A stretch of DNA of 32,209 nucleotides from Bifidobacteriaceae bacterium (GCA_031278675.1 JAITJY010000082.1:1-32209), one strand, 5' to 3'; shown: positions 19,839-30,300, numbered from the stretch's first letter. The notes: generated from the letters alone by a model not told the origin. Numbers and translations: made by a program.

Positions 19839-21053
19839 TTACTCTACTGCGGTGGAGAGCTGGAAGATCGGGAAGTAGAGGCAGATCAGGATGCCGCCGA
19901 CGATCGAGCCGACAAAGACGATCAGGATCGGCTCAATGATCGAAGTGATCGAAGCGGTAGCATTCTGGACTTCGTCATCATAGAACTCGGCGACCTTTTC
20001 CAGCATGGAGTCCAAAGCGCCGGCGTCCTCACCGACGGAGACCATCCGCGAGATCATAGGGCCGAAGATCGGCTCCTCACTGATGGCCTTACCCAACGCG
20101 CTACCCCTTGTCACCTGCTGTTTCACTCGCTCAACAGCTTGGGTGACCACAATGTTGCCCGAGGTCTCACCCACAATATCGAGGGTCTGGACAATCGGGA
20201 CGCCCACCCGCGACATGGTCGCGATAGACCGCGACAAGCGCGCCAGGGAGACCTTCAACATCAAGCCGCCAACCAGGGGTATCTTCAGCTTGATCGGGTC
20301 GACCTTCTCGCGCACAGCCAGATCGTTGCGGTGGTTGGCCCACCACCAGCCACAAAAGGCCACCACAAGCGCCAGCGGCAGGCCACCGATCTTGAGGAAG
20401 TTCGACAGGCTGACCAGGATCTGGGTCGGCAAGGGCAACTCCTTGCCCAAGTCACTGAAGATCCCCTCGAAGATGGGGACAATGAACAGGAGCATGGCGA
20501 TGACAACAAAAAACGCGAAGATCAGCACCACCGCCGGGTAAACCATGGCCGCCTTGATGGCGCGCCGCAGGCGCAACTCGCCCTCTAGCTGTTCAGCCAC
20601 AGATGACAGGACCGCGTCGAGGTAACCGCCGGCCTCGCCCGCCCGGACCATCGCCAAGATGACGGGCGAAAACATCTTGGGATGCTTCGCCAAGGCATCC
20701 GCCAAGGTCCAACCAGTCTCAATATCCCCGGCCACCTCGCGGAGCACCTTTTGCAGCGCCAGAGAAGACGACTGATCAGCGATTGCCGTAATGGACTGGA
20801 GCAAGGACAGCCCGGCGTTGACCATGGTGGCCAACTGGCGAATCATCACCGCCACGTCCTTCGGCTTAGCGCGGCTGCCGCCAATGTTGATGTCCCTTTG
20901 GAGCAGACTGGTAGGGGCTTCCCGGATATCGATTGGGGTCAGCCCGGATTCGCGCAGGTGACGCGCCACGGTCTGGGCATCGGGGCCGTCAACCTTACCG
21001 CTCTGGGTAGCACCGCCGGCTATGACGGTGTATTCGAAGGTCTTGGTCGCCAC
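19839..21053 (-). CDS. pilC: Type IV pilus platform protein (GspF/PilC family)
   Basis: Two T2SSF repeats: RQLATMVNAGL, MVRAGEAGG.L, AMVYP, LPLPTQIL, MVSVGEDAGAL, IEPILIV..YFPIF. Confidence 0.93.
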   Translation of the reverse strand: MATKTFEYTVIAGGATQSGKVDGPDAQTVARHLRESGLTPIDIREAPTSLLQRDINIGGSRAKPKDVAVMIRQLATMVNAGLSLLQSITAIADQSSSLALQKVLREVAGDIETGWTLADALAKHPKMFSPVILAMVRAGEAGGYLDAVLSSVAEQLEGELRLRRAIKAAMVYPAVVLIFAFFVVIAMLLFIVPIFEGIFSDLGKELPLPTQILVSLSNFLKIGGLPLALVVAFCGWWWANHRNDLAVREKVDPIKLKIPLVGGLMLKVSLARLSRSIATMSRVGVPIVQTLDIVGETSGNIVVTQAVERVKQQVTRGSALGKAISEEPIFGPMISRMVSVGEDAGALDSMLEKVAEFYDDEVQNATASITSIIEPILIVFVGSIVGGILICLYFPIFQLSTAVE

Positions 21054-21059
21054 TGGACC

Positions 21060-22211
21060 TCACATCCTTCCAAAGGGGTTGTTCAACCCCGAAACCCCCT
21101 GCTGTACCCGCGCGGACCGGCCCAGCATGCGGGCAAACTCATCCGGCTGACGTGAGGTTTCGAGGCCTTCTTCGAAGGTGATGTCACCCTTGCGGACCAG
21201 TTCGGCCAGCGACTGGTCCAGCGTGTGCATGCCTTCTTCGCTCCCGGTGTGCAGCGCCGAATAGATCTGGTGGATCTTGTTCTCGCGGATCATGGCACGG
21301 ATGGCTGGGGTGGCCCGCATCAATTCGGTGGCCACCACCCGTCCCTTGCCATCGGCGCGGCGGCACAACGTCTGCGACAAGACGGCCTGGAGGGTGATCG
21401 CCAGTTGCGAACGAATCTGGTCTTGGTGGTTCGCGTCGAACTGATCCACCAGACGGTTGATCGATTGAGCGACACCCTGGGTATGAAGCGTGGCGAACAC
21501 CAGGTGGCCCGTCTCAGCGGCCCGCAGGGCGGTCTCCATGGTCTCCCTGTCGCGCAGCTCGCCCACCAAGATGATGTCCGGGTCTTGCCGCAAGGCGTGC
21601 TTCAAGGCTTCCGCAAACGTCAAAGTGTCGACGCCGATCTCGCGTTGCGCTACCAAGCAACGGTTCGAGTTGTGCTGGAACTCGATCGGGTCCTCAATGG
21701 TCAGCACGTGGCCAGACCGCGTCCGGTTGGCCAAGTCAATGATGGCTGCCAAGGTAGTGGACTTCCCGCTGCCGGTGGGCCCGCAGACCAGGACCAGGCC
21801 ACGCGGCAAACCCGCGAAGGTCTTGACCGCCCCCGGGATCCGGAGTTCATCAAGCGACCTGATCACGTCCGGGATCACTCGGAATGCGGCCGCAATAGAT
21901 CCGCGGTCCCAGTACAGGTTGGCGCGGAACATGCGCCCGGACGGGACCTGGCAGGAATAATCCAGTTCCAAGGTTTCGTCGAACTTCTGGCGCTGCGTGC
22001 GCGTCAGCATGCCGACGAGCTGCTCATAGAGCACCTCCTCGCCCGGCGCGGTGAAACCCGGCAACGGCGACAGTTGTCCTGACAACCGGACAATAGGCGG
22101 CAGCAGGGCCGTCAAGTGCAGGTCAGACGCCCCCAGCGCGGCTGATTCCTCTAAGGCCTGGACCAGATCCAGGGTTGTGTCTTCGCCATAGGCGTTCGGT
22201 GCAGCGCTCAT
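21060..22211 (-). CDS. pilT: Type IV pilus retraction ATPase
   Basis: GASDLHL, Walker A GPTGSGKST, TIEDPIE, ALRQDPDIILVGELRD, His box HLVFATLHT, AIRNLIRE-like AIRAMIRE. Confidence 0.93.
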   Translation of the reverse strand: MSAAPNAYGEDTTLDLVQALEESAALGASDLHLTALLPPIVRLSGQLSPLPGFTAPGEEVLYEQLVGMLTRTQRQKFDETLELDYSCQVPSGRMFRANLYWDRGSIAAAFRVIPDVIRSLDELRIPGAVKTFAGLPRGLVLVCGPTGSGKSTTLAAIIDLANRTRSGHVLTIEDPIEFQHNSNRCLVAQREIGVDTLTFAEALKHALRQDPDIILVGELRDRETMETALRAAETGHLVFATLHTQGVAQSINRLVDQFDANHQDQIRSQLAITLQAVLSQTLCRRADGKGRVVATELMRATPAIRAMIRENKIHQIYSALHTGSEEGMHTLDQSLAELVRKGDITFEEGLETSRQPDEFARMLGRSARVQQGVSGLNNPFGRM

Positions 22212-23887
22212 GCGACCACCCTCAACAGTTCTTCGATCGAGGTTTGACCTTGGGCCACTTTGGCCCAGCCATCTTGACGCAGCGTGATCATGCCTTGTTC
22301 ACGCGCTAATTCGCCTAACTCGCGGGTCGACTTCCGCAGAGCGGTCAGGTGTTCCAATTCCTTGCTTACCGTCATCACTTCGTGGACCGCCATCCGGCCC
22401 TTGAATCCGGTCTTGGCGCAAGTTGAGCAGCCAACCGGGCGGTAGAGCTGCGGCGGGGGCGGCTCACGGAAAATCCAGTCGGCCAGCATCATCTCGGTTT
22501 CGACTTCGCTCGGCGCATACGGCTCCCGGCAGCGTTCACACAGGCGCCGCGCAAGCCGCTGGGCCACCACACAGTCCAGCGCCGAGGCCACCAAGAACGG
22601 CTCGATCCCCATCTCGGTGAGGCGAGTGACGGCCGATGGCGCGTCATTCGTGTGCAGCGTCGACAAGACCAAGTGGCCGGTCAAGGCCGCTTCGACCGCG
22701 ATCTGGGCCGTTTCGCCGTCACGGATCTCGCCGACCAGGACCACGTCCGGGTCAGCCCGCAAAATGGACCGGAGCGCGGCCGCAAAAGTCAGGCCAGCCT
22801 TCGGGTTGACCTGAATCTGGTTGATCCCGCTCATGCGGTATTCCACCGGGTCCTCGATCGTAATCACGTTGACCTCAGGGCGGGCAATCTCACGGAGCGT
22901 GGCGTACAACGTAGTGGACTTGCCGCTACCAGTGGGGCCCGTCGCCAGAATCATGCCGTACGGCTTGCTATAGGACTCCTTATAGCGTTCGAAGGAAACC
23001 TCAGAGAAGGACAGTTTACGCAGGTCAACCTGCACGGCCGCAGTGTTCAAAATACGCATGACGACCTTTTCGCCCCACACCGTGGGGAGTGTCGCCACCC
23101 GCAGATCCACATCATTACCTTCCACATTGACCGAAATACGGCCATCTTGCGGTTTGCGCCGTTCCGCAATGTCGATGTCAGCCATGATCTTAATCCGCGA
23201 AATGACCTGCGACTGGATCGACTTAGGCGCAGACTGCATCTCATGCAACACGCCATCAATCCGGTAACGCACCCGGACATCTAGTTCTTCCGGCTCCAAG
23301 TGAATATCGGAGCAGCCGTCATGGATCGCCTGCGAGATCAACAAGTGAACCCACCGGACCACCGGCGAATCCTCCTGGATCACATCCGCGATCGTGACCG
23401 TCCCCTGGCGCTCCTCCTCACGGACCGACGAATCCAGCGACTGCCCAATCGAGTCGATCTCCGAATCAGACCGGATATAACGCGTGATCGACCGTTCCAA
23501 GGCACCGCGTTCGGCCACGGCCGGGATCACCTGGGCCCGCAGATAAGACCGCAGATCATCAATCGCCACAATGTTGCCCGGCTCCGCCATCGCCACCACG
23601 ACCGAGTCGCCCTCCCGCGAAACGGGCAACAGCAAGTGCCGTCGGCACACCGCACCTGGCACCGCACCGGCCACCCGCTGGTCAACCGGGAAGTCATCCA
23701 GGTCAATGAACCGCAGCCCGGCCGCTTCGGCCAGGACCGGAATCAGGTCTTCTTCGCGCAGCGCGCCGCTGGTGACAAGGGCTTGGCCCAGCGTGACACC
23801 TTCGAGTTCCTGAGTGCGGGTGGCCTCAGCCAACTGGTCATGAGAAACCAGGCCGCGCGACAGCAGGGTCTGTTCCAGAGCGGTCAT
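22208..23887 (-). CDS. pilB: Type IV pilus extension ATPase (GspE/PilB family)
   Basis: MshEN-like N-terminus, SDIHLEP, RYRIDGVL, PQDGRI, GPTGSGKST, LRADPD, tetracysteine CERC...CSTC. ATGA overlaps at both ends. Confidence 0.94.
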   Translation of the reverse strand: MTALEQTLLSRGLVSHDQLAEATRTQELEGVTLGQALVTSGALREEDLIPVLAEAAGLRFIDLDDFPVDQRVAGAVPGAVCRRHLLLPVSREGDSVVVAMAEPGNIVAIDDLRSYLRAQVIPAVAERGALERSITRYIRSDSEIDSIGQSLDSSVREEERQGTVTIADVIQEDSPVVRWVHLLISQAIHDGCSDIHLEPEELDVRVRYRIDGVLHEMQSAPKSIQSQVISRIKIMADIDIAERRKPQDGRISVNVEGNDVDLRVATLPTVWGEKVVMRILNTAAVQVDLRKLSFSEVSFERYKESYSKPYGMILATGPTGSGKSTTLYATLREIARPEVNVITIEDPVEYRMSGINQIQVNPKAGLTFAAALRSILRADPDVVLVGEIRDGETAQIAVEAALTGHLVLSTLHTNDAPSAVTRLTEMGIEPFLVASALDCVVAQRLARRLCERCREPYAPSEVETEMMLADWIFREPPPPQLYRPVGCSTCAKTGFKGRMAVHEVMTVSKELEHLTALRKSTRELGELAREQGMITLRQDGWAKVAQGQTSIEELLRVVA

Positions 23888-25305
23888 CGCACTCCCCTCG
23901 GCATGGCGAGGCCCAGAGACTTGAACACCGCCTGTGTGTGCTCGTAGTTATCACGGATCAGGTTCCTGGACGCATGGTTGATCCGGCCCAGGATCTCCTC
24001 CATGGGCACCCGGTCAAACGGACGCGCTTCCGCGATACACGCTTTAGCAAGTGAACGCAGCGCGTTCAATTCCTCATGCGACCGGTTGAGTTGCTGATCA
24101 ATCGGCCCAACCAGCGGCCCTAACTGCGCAGACACACCGAAACGCGGCACCTGAATGCGCCACGTGGTCAAGAACTTCTGGAACTGCCCCAAGTGCGCCC
24201 CTGCGGATTCGACCTGGGCGCCCACCTCGTTCAGGACACCTTGGGCCCCTTCCAACCCGGAAGCTACGGCCTCTACGTCATCGGCCAACGCGTAACACAA
24301 CAGCGGAACGTACAACAAGCCCTCCGGCGGCGCGAAACCGTCCAGGTTCTCCAGGGCAAAGTTGATCACCATGTCGTTGTGTAGCTGCGCCAACGCGATC
24401 CTAAAACGCAACTCCATGACGCCGCGCCGGACCTGGGACAAACGATCCGGGAGCGGCGTGATAACACGTTCGGCGCCGGCGCCAACCCGCGTCATCGCGT
24501 TCGCGGTGCTCGCCAGCGTGGGCGCATGGGCGGCCACCTGCTGCGACGCATTCAACGAAACCTGCGTCACCTCCGCCAATGCCGCCACCGTACCGCCAAG
24601 CTGCGCAGACCCGGCCTGCAACGCCTCGGCCAAGTGCTGCAACGAATCGAGGCGGCCCAGCAGATCGCCGATATGCTCATCCAGCGCGACCGCATTGTTC
24701 AAAATATCGGCTATATCGCCGTGCGCCTCCGGCCGGTAAGTCCGGCGCGCAGACAATACCACCCGCGTCTGGGTCTCGGCCGGCAAAGCCGTATACATGA
24801 ACTCGTCATAGGACGGGAAACCGGCCCCGGCCAGCATTTCTGCGAGTGAGGTCAGGCCCGCCGTCGCAATACCGGAGCGGTTGGCACCATGATTCTTCGC
24901 ATTATGCTCAATGGGCAGAGCCTGGCCGTAAAGGCCCGTCGCGGCGTTCCACAGCGGGTCGAACCGAGGCGAGGAACGCACCGACAAAAAGCCGCTGCCC
25001 ATCGGCGTGACAGTCGCGAAGACCTGGTAATCGAAACCGTCCTTGGCCAGATTCTTCACGTACGCGGCGAACGGTTTCCCGCCCAACAACGTGTCCCACA
25101 TGAGCTTGAAAGCGCCACCCGGCATCAATGGATTGCGGATCAGGTTGTGTGGCGCACCCATCAACTCGTCCCGAGGAAAGGCGGACAGCCGCGCAAACAC
25201 AGTGTTGGCCGCTGTGATCACGCCTTTCCGGTCGGTGCAAGAGAAGAAGAGTTCATCCACCCCGACGCGCCGTTCCTGCCCGACGCGGGTTTTGCGGTCA
25301 AGCAT
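23884..25305 (-). CDS. Aer-type PAS domain protein with helical C-terminus, no TM and no recognisable MCP hairpin
   Basis: FFS.TD.KG.IT.AN..F..LS.F...EL.G.PHN.IR.P.MP...FK.MW.TL..GK....YVKN.AKDG is the Aer/CetB PAS pattern. ATG 25305 overlaps the GTPase stop. Confidence 0.85.
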   Translation of the reverse strand: MLDRKTRVGQERRVGVDELFFSCTDRKGVITAANTVFARLSAFPRDELMGAPHNLIRNPLMPGGAFKLMWDTLLGGKPFAAYVKNLAKDGFDYQVFATVTPMGSGFLSVRSSPRFDPLWNAATGLYGQALPIEHNAKNHGANRSGIATAGLTSLAEMLAGAGFPSYDEFMYTALPAETQTRVVLSARRTYRPEAHGDIADILNNAVALDEHIGDLLGRLDSLQHLAEALQAGSAQLGGTVAALAEVTQVSLNASQQVAAHAPTLASTANAMTRVGAGAERVITPLPDRLSQVRRGVMELRFRIALAQLHNDMVINFALENLDGFAPPEGLLYVPLLCYALADDVEAVASGLEGAQGVLNEVGAQVESAGAHLGQFQKFLTTWRIQVPRFGVSAQLGPLVGPIDQQLNRSHEELNALRSLAKACIAEARPFDRVPMEEILGRINHASRNLIRDNYEHTQAVFKSLGLAMPRGVR

Positions 25306-25903
25306 TGCGCAGCCTATCCATAGCCACGCGGACAACCGCCACCAGGGCCTGTTTGGCCGCTTCTTTCGAGCGGGCATCCGAATACATGATTGGGATGTCA
25401 GACCCTACCGCCAAAGCGTCCCGCACATCTTCCAACGTGTGGCGGGCAATCCCATCGAAACAGTTGATCACAACCACGAACGGGATATTGCGTGATTCAA
25501 AGTAGTCGACCGCAGTGAAACCTTGGTCCAAGCGGTCGGTGTCCACCAGCACCACGGCGCCAATCGCCCCGCGTACCAGGTCATCCCACATGAACAAGAA
25601 CCGTTCCTGGCCGGGGGTGCCGAACAGGTAGAGCCACAAGGATTCGCCCAGGGCAATCCTGCCGAAGTCCATCGCTACGGTAGTGGTGTCTTTTTGCGCG
25701 GCCCGCCGGCCGGCATCGTCCACCCCGAGCGAATGCTCTGTCATATCGGCTTCCGTGTTCAACGGCTCAATGTCAGAGACTGCGCCGATAAACGTGGTTT
25801 TGCCCACAGCGAAGCCGCCCGCCACCACGATCTTGACGACCGTTGGCGGCTTAGGCCTTGTCACGGCGCCCCCTTGGGTCTGTTCATAGCTCGGATATTG
25901 CAT
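25298..25903 (-). CDS. cvnD: Conservon small GTPase (CvnD / MglA-related ATP/GTP-binding protein)
   Basis: KIVVAGGFAVGKTT, TTTVAMDFG, LYLFGTPGQERF.FMWD, NCFD, DAR. 20-nt overlap with the DUF742 gene. Confidence 0.92.
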   Translation of the reverse strand: MQYPSYEQTQGGAVTRPKPPTVVKIVVAGGFAVGKTTFIGAVSDIEPLNTEADMTEHSLGVDDAGRRAAQKDTTTVAMDFGRIALGESLWLYLFGTPGQERFLFMWDDLVRGAIGAVVLVDTDRLDQGFTAVDYFESRNIPFVVVINCFDGIARHTLEDVRDALAVGSDIPIMYSDARSKEAAKQALVAVVRVAMDRLRNA

Positions 25904-26816
25904 TCAGAACACTCTCCAGTAACTCCAGGGTTTGTTCGCGGCTGACGGCTCCACCGTTGTTGATACCACCAGAGCCGGCCACCGTGTCGTGGACCAACAG
26001 CACACCGGATTCGGCTAAATCCGAAACCAGGACCTTGACTACCCCAACCGGCAGTTTTAGGTGGGCGGAAACCTCCGCGACCGTCAAATAGGCCGTAGCG
26101 ATTTGCCGGACAATTGCCAATTCCTCGGGCGAGAGCCCCTTACCTTTTTCGGCCAGCCACTGCTGGTTGGCCACCTCCAAAATTGATTCCAAACGAGTGT
26201 CGGTGGTCGCCTGGGTTCGCCCCCGCGTCACCACGAACGGCCGGACCGAGGAAATGTCCTCTTCCCCGCCCGCACCGCCTTCTGCCGCCCCGTTCGGCTG
26301 CTCCGACCGGCCCGCTCCGCTGCCCCCAGCGGCGCCTCGCACCACGGGTAGGGCTCCCGACGGCGGCTGAGCCGAAGAACGAGCTACCCCTAAGCCCGAT
26401 CCCGACCCGCCAGACTGCCGGCCCCCCGACGCTAAGCCCGCTGACGTCCCGCTCGGCGCGTATGACGCCGGCCGGGAAGTTGGAGCCGGTTCGGCCTGCG
26501 CCCGGACCACCGGACCGGACCCAGAAACCGGTCTGCTTGATTCGTGTTGCGCTGCGAACGCTTCGGCAGTTGGCCCCACCAAGACCGGTTCGGGTGGTGT
26601 GTCGGCGGTGCGCACCGGTCTGCGCCGCTGGACCTGGATTGGGCGGCCGCCGCGTGGCACCACTTGCCGTTTCGCCCCTGGCGGTCCAGCCGGCTCGCCG
26701 GGCGCCGGCACATGGATGTTGGCCGGGTTGGACAGCGAGTCGAAAGACCGTTCAGGCGTGCCGGGTGGACCGGCGGGCCGGGCCCGCACCCGGTTCTGGG
26801 GGATCTCTGGGGTCAC
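25884..26816 (-). CDS. cvnC: Conservon DUF742 protein (CvnC) with long low-complexity N-terminal extension
   Basis: VRPFVVTRGRT, LSPEE..I, TVAEVSAHLKLPVGVVKVLVSDL, LLESVLNAI. GTGA overlap with the roadblock gene. Confidence 0.9.
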   Translation of the reverse strand: MTPEIPQNRVRARPAGPPGTPERSFDSLSNPANIHVPAPGEPAGPPGAKRQVVPRGGRPIQVQRRRPVRTADTPPEPVLVGPTAEAFAAQHESSRPVSGSGPVVRAQAEPAPTSRPASYAPSGTSAGLASGGRQSGGSGSGLGVARSSAQPPSGALPVVRGAAGGSGAGRSEQPNGAAEGGAGGEEDISSVRPFVVTRGRTQATTDTRLESILEVANQQWLAEKGKGLSPEELAIVRQIATAYLTVAEVSAHLKLPVGVVKVLVSDLAESGVLLVHDTVAGSGGINNGGAVSREQTLELLESVLNAISEL

Positions 26817-27268
26817 ATCCCACCTCGCACGGTGCCTGTCGTGGGCAACGAATCACGCATCTGGGCAATTAGGGCTGGCGTGAGGAAGGTTTCGGCGCGG
26901 CCCACCAGGGTCGCCATCTCGTAGCCCACCAGGCCCACATCGGAATCCGGCTCGCACAGCACAGCCAGCACCGATCCGTTCGAGATGGACATGAGCATCA
27001 CGAAGCCTTCCTCGTATTCGATCACGGACTGGCGGTCGCGCCCAATACCCAACTCTCGGCCGGCGCCCCGGGCCAAGGATGACATACCGGAGCAGATCGC
27101 TGCCATGATGTCTCCCACGGTCCTGTCAGCGCCGCCGGACATGGTCATCAGCAAGCCGTCGGCGCTGACTACCACGCCTAGACGGGCGCCTGGGGTGGAG
27201 CGGACGAACGAGTCTAGGAGCCAGGTCAGGTCCTGCCTGTTCTCCCCATGCTGGTAATTGGCGGTCAT
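26813..27268 (-). CDS. cvnB: Conservon roadblock/LC7 protein (CvnB / MglB-like)
   Basis: LTWLLDSFV..TPG, VVVSADGLLM, AAICSGMSSLA.G, DVGLVGYEMA.LV. RBS AAGGAGG. Confidence 0.93.
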   Translation of the reverse strand: MTANYQHGENRQDLTWLLDSFVRSTPGARLGVVVSADGLLMTMSGGADRTVGDIMAAICSGMSSLARGAGRELGIGRDRQSVIEYEEGFVMLMSISNGSVLAVLCEPDSDVGLVGYEMATLVGRAETFLTPALIAQMRDSLPTTGTVRGGM

Positions 27269-27333
27269 CTGAGTCCTCCTTGGATGCGTGAGCAGTGTGT
27301 CCCTTGCGGCGTTGCGGGAGTGTATTTCACGTC

Positions 27334-30300
27334 TTACCCTTTCCCAGCCGACGCGCGGGATCCGCTGCGGCCACGCCTAGTGCCGATTTGGAAGGCCGAT
27401 AGTGCGGAACGGATCTTATCCGCATCACGCGCCTTCGGCGGTGAGGTGACTGGTGGAGCGACAGCCGGAACGGACGATGCCCCCGTCTGTCTACGAGCCA
27501 AGCTCGAAGCCGGTTTGGATTCGGTCCGCTCCGGCTTGTAGGCGGCTAGCCCAGCGAGTTCCGCCAGAGCCTCTTCCTGGATTGAGGCTTTCAGCGCGAT
27601 CGCCGAACCGGCGATCGGGGATCCGAGGTCCGGTATGGCGAGCGCCGAGTTGCCGCCTCCGGGCTGCATCATGGTGCCGCCTGCCGTGAAGCTCCCGGTG
27701 TGAGGGAACGCCGGGCGGGCCGATGGCGCATCGACCCTGGACGGGGCAGCCACCTGGGTGGCGGGCCGGCCGCCGACTCCAGTCGGGGCGACCTGCCCTG
27801 GGGTCATGGTTCCCGGAGTCATAGTTCCCGGAGTCATGGTGCCAGGAGTCATGGTGCCAGGAGTCATCGCTCCCGGTGCTATGACTCCTGGAGTCATAGT
27901 CCCTGGGCTCATAGTCCCCGGGGTCATGACACCGCCAGGCGCGGCAACGGCGGGCGGCGGTTTGAATTGCACCGCGCCCTCGGTTCCACCGCCAGGGCTG
28001 AACTGGCCCGCCACGGGACCGGGTTGGGCAGGGCCACCCACGCCCGCCGGCCCGCCTGGGACCAGAACGCCCGGACCGGCTTGCACCGGACCGCCGGGGC
28101 CGCCTGGGGCCGGGACGCCTTGGAGTGGACCGCCGATGCCGCCCGGGCCACCTGGACCGCCGGGTCCGCCTGGGGCCGGGATACCTTGGGCCGGGCCTCC
28201 CGGCCGTGGTATCTGACCTGGTGGAACACTGGCCGGGCCGGGCAGTGCCCCTGGCAACGGGGCGCCCGGTCCTGGACCGGGCGGACCGGGTGGGCCAGCC
28301 GGGCTGATTGGACCAGGTATCTGGCCGGGCGCCGGCACGCCGAGCGGTGGTACCGCCAACGCCGATTGACTTGGGTCGGCCTGGTCGGGAGCGGCTTGGC
28401 CGCGCGACGGCACCTGACCAAACTGGCGCAGCGGTAGCGGGCCGGACGGTGCGCGCTCCTCGCGCGGGCCACCCGCCGCACTGACAACGGGTCCCGGGCC
28501 ACGGACCGGCGGGGCAGCGCCCCGCTGAGGCAGCCCGCCGGGCGCCTGCTTCAGGCTACCCAACGGCGGGCCAGTTGGCCCTGGACGCCCAGGCTCCGCT
28601 CCATCTGAGGCCTGCCGGGCACCTGTCTGCCCGGCAGGGCCAGGCGGCTGAGTTCGCGCGCCTCCTGGCCCAGTTGGGCCACTTGGCCCCGGACGGCCGC
28701 CCCCGCCACCAGGTGGGCCGCTCGGGCCAGATGGGCCGGGCGCGCCCGGCCGTCCGGCTTGAGGCCCAGTTGAGCCGCTGGGACCGCCTGCCCCGGGCCG
28801 CGCAGCGTCCGGTCCACCCGGACCAGTTGGCGCTACTCGTCCAGCCCCAGGTCCGGTGGGACCACTGGTTCCTGGCCGCACTGCACCGCTGCTCGGTCCA
28901 CGCGAGCCATCAACGCCAGCCCCAGCGGGCGCCGACTCACCGGTGGCCTTGCCGGGCGCCACAGGACCGGGCGCTGCCGCGCCGGAACCTTCCGGGGCCT
29001 GCTTAGCCGCACCAGTCGGCGGGATCAGGCCGGGCGGAGCGGTGGCGCTGGGAGATGGCATGGCGCCGGGGGAACCCGGTACGGGCGGGAACGATTCGGC
29101 CCCGCCGCGTTTGATGGACGCCGGACGGCGCCGCACGGGCATCCGCGCGGGCTGCTCGCCGGTGGCGAGGGCTTCCGAGAAAGCAGGCAGATCGCCGGAC
29201 GATCCCGCCGTCCTGCCTGCCCGGGGAGCCGCCCCGGCACCGCGCGCGGCTGCGGCGTCTGCGAGTGGGCCCTGCCCCGCGCTCGGCGGACCGCCGGGCG
29301 CGGTGGCCCCTCTCGCTGGTGTCCCGCCGCGAGGAGTCCCACCAGGGACTGCCCCACCCACGGGGACCCCACCAGAAGCGCTCCCACCAGCAGGAACACT
29401 ACCAGGAGCACTGCCAGGAACACTGCCAGGAACACCGTCCGGGCCAGCCCCGGCGCCGCCGGTCACGGGCCGTTCAAGCACTGTGTGGCCGTCGGCCGAA
29501 TGCCGCGGCAAGGCCGCCGCAGGGTTAGCCCCTTCACCAAGCGGCGAGAACCGGGCACCCAACGGCACAAATCCGCTGGTGCGGTCCGGCCGCGCGGGAG
29601 CGGCCGCATGGGTGGTGGCAGCGGGGATGATGCCGGCGGGGGCCGAGACCGGCACATCCGTTCGGGGCCGAGCAGGCGGCGGCGCGCTCCGAGGCGGCAC
29701 ACCACTGCTTGGCGCCTGCGCCGGCTCACCGCGTTTCGGCAGATCACCAGGCGCGCTAGCGAGCTGCACCGGCCGGAAGGTCTCAGCCGTGGGCGGCGCT
29801 GCGGTCACCACGGAGGGTTCCAGGTTCGGCTGAGGCGGCAACACCAAGGCTTCCGGACCAAGCGCCGGGTGCGGCCCCGAAGCGGGCCTGTCATCCACAA
29901 GCTTCGACGGAATCCGCAAAATAGCGGTAGTGCCACGCCCCTCTTCGTTTTGACCAGGCGCGAAGCTGACCGCAGCGCCGAGGCGCGCTGCCAACCGGGC
30001 GACCACCACCACACCAAGGCGGCCGTGAGCCAGGTCTTCCGGGCCGGCCCCTTCGCGAGCGATCCGGTTGAGAGTCGCCAACTCGGCGGGGGACATCCCG
30101 ACGCCGGTGTCGGAAATGCTGACGACGACATCGCCGTGGTGGTTTGTCGCACCCACCTCGACGGCTGCCCCCTCGGGGCTGAACGCAGTCGCGTTTTCGA
30201 GCAGTTCGGCCACCAGGTGCGCCAACGGCACCACAGCATAGGACCGGATCATCGGGTCCCAATCCATGGAGATCCTGATCCGCTCGTAGTGTTCGATCTG

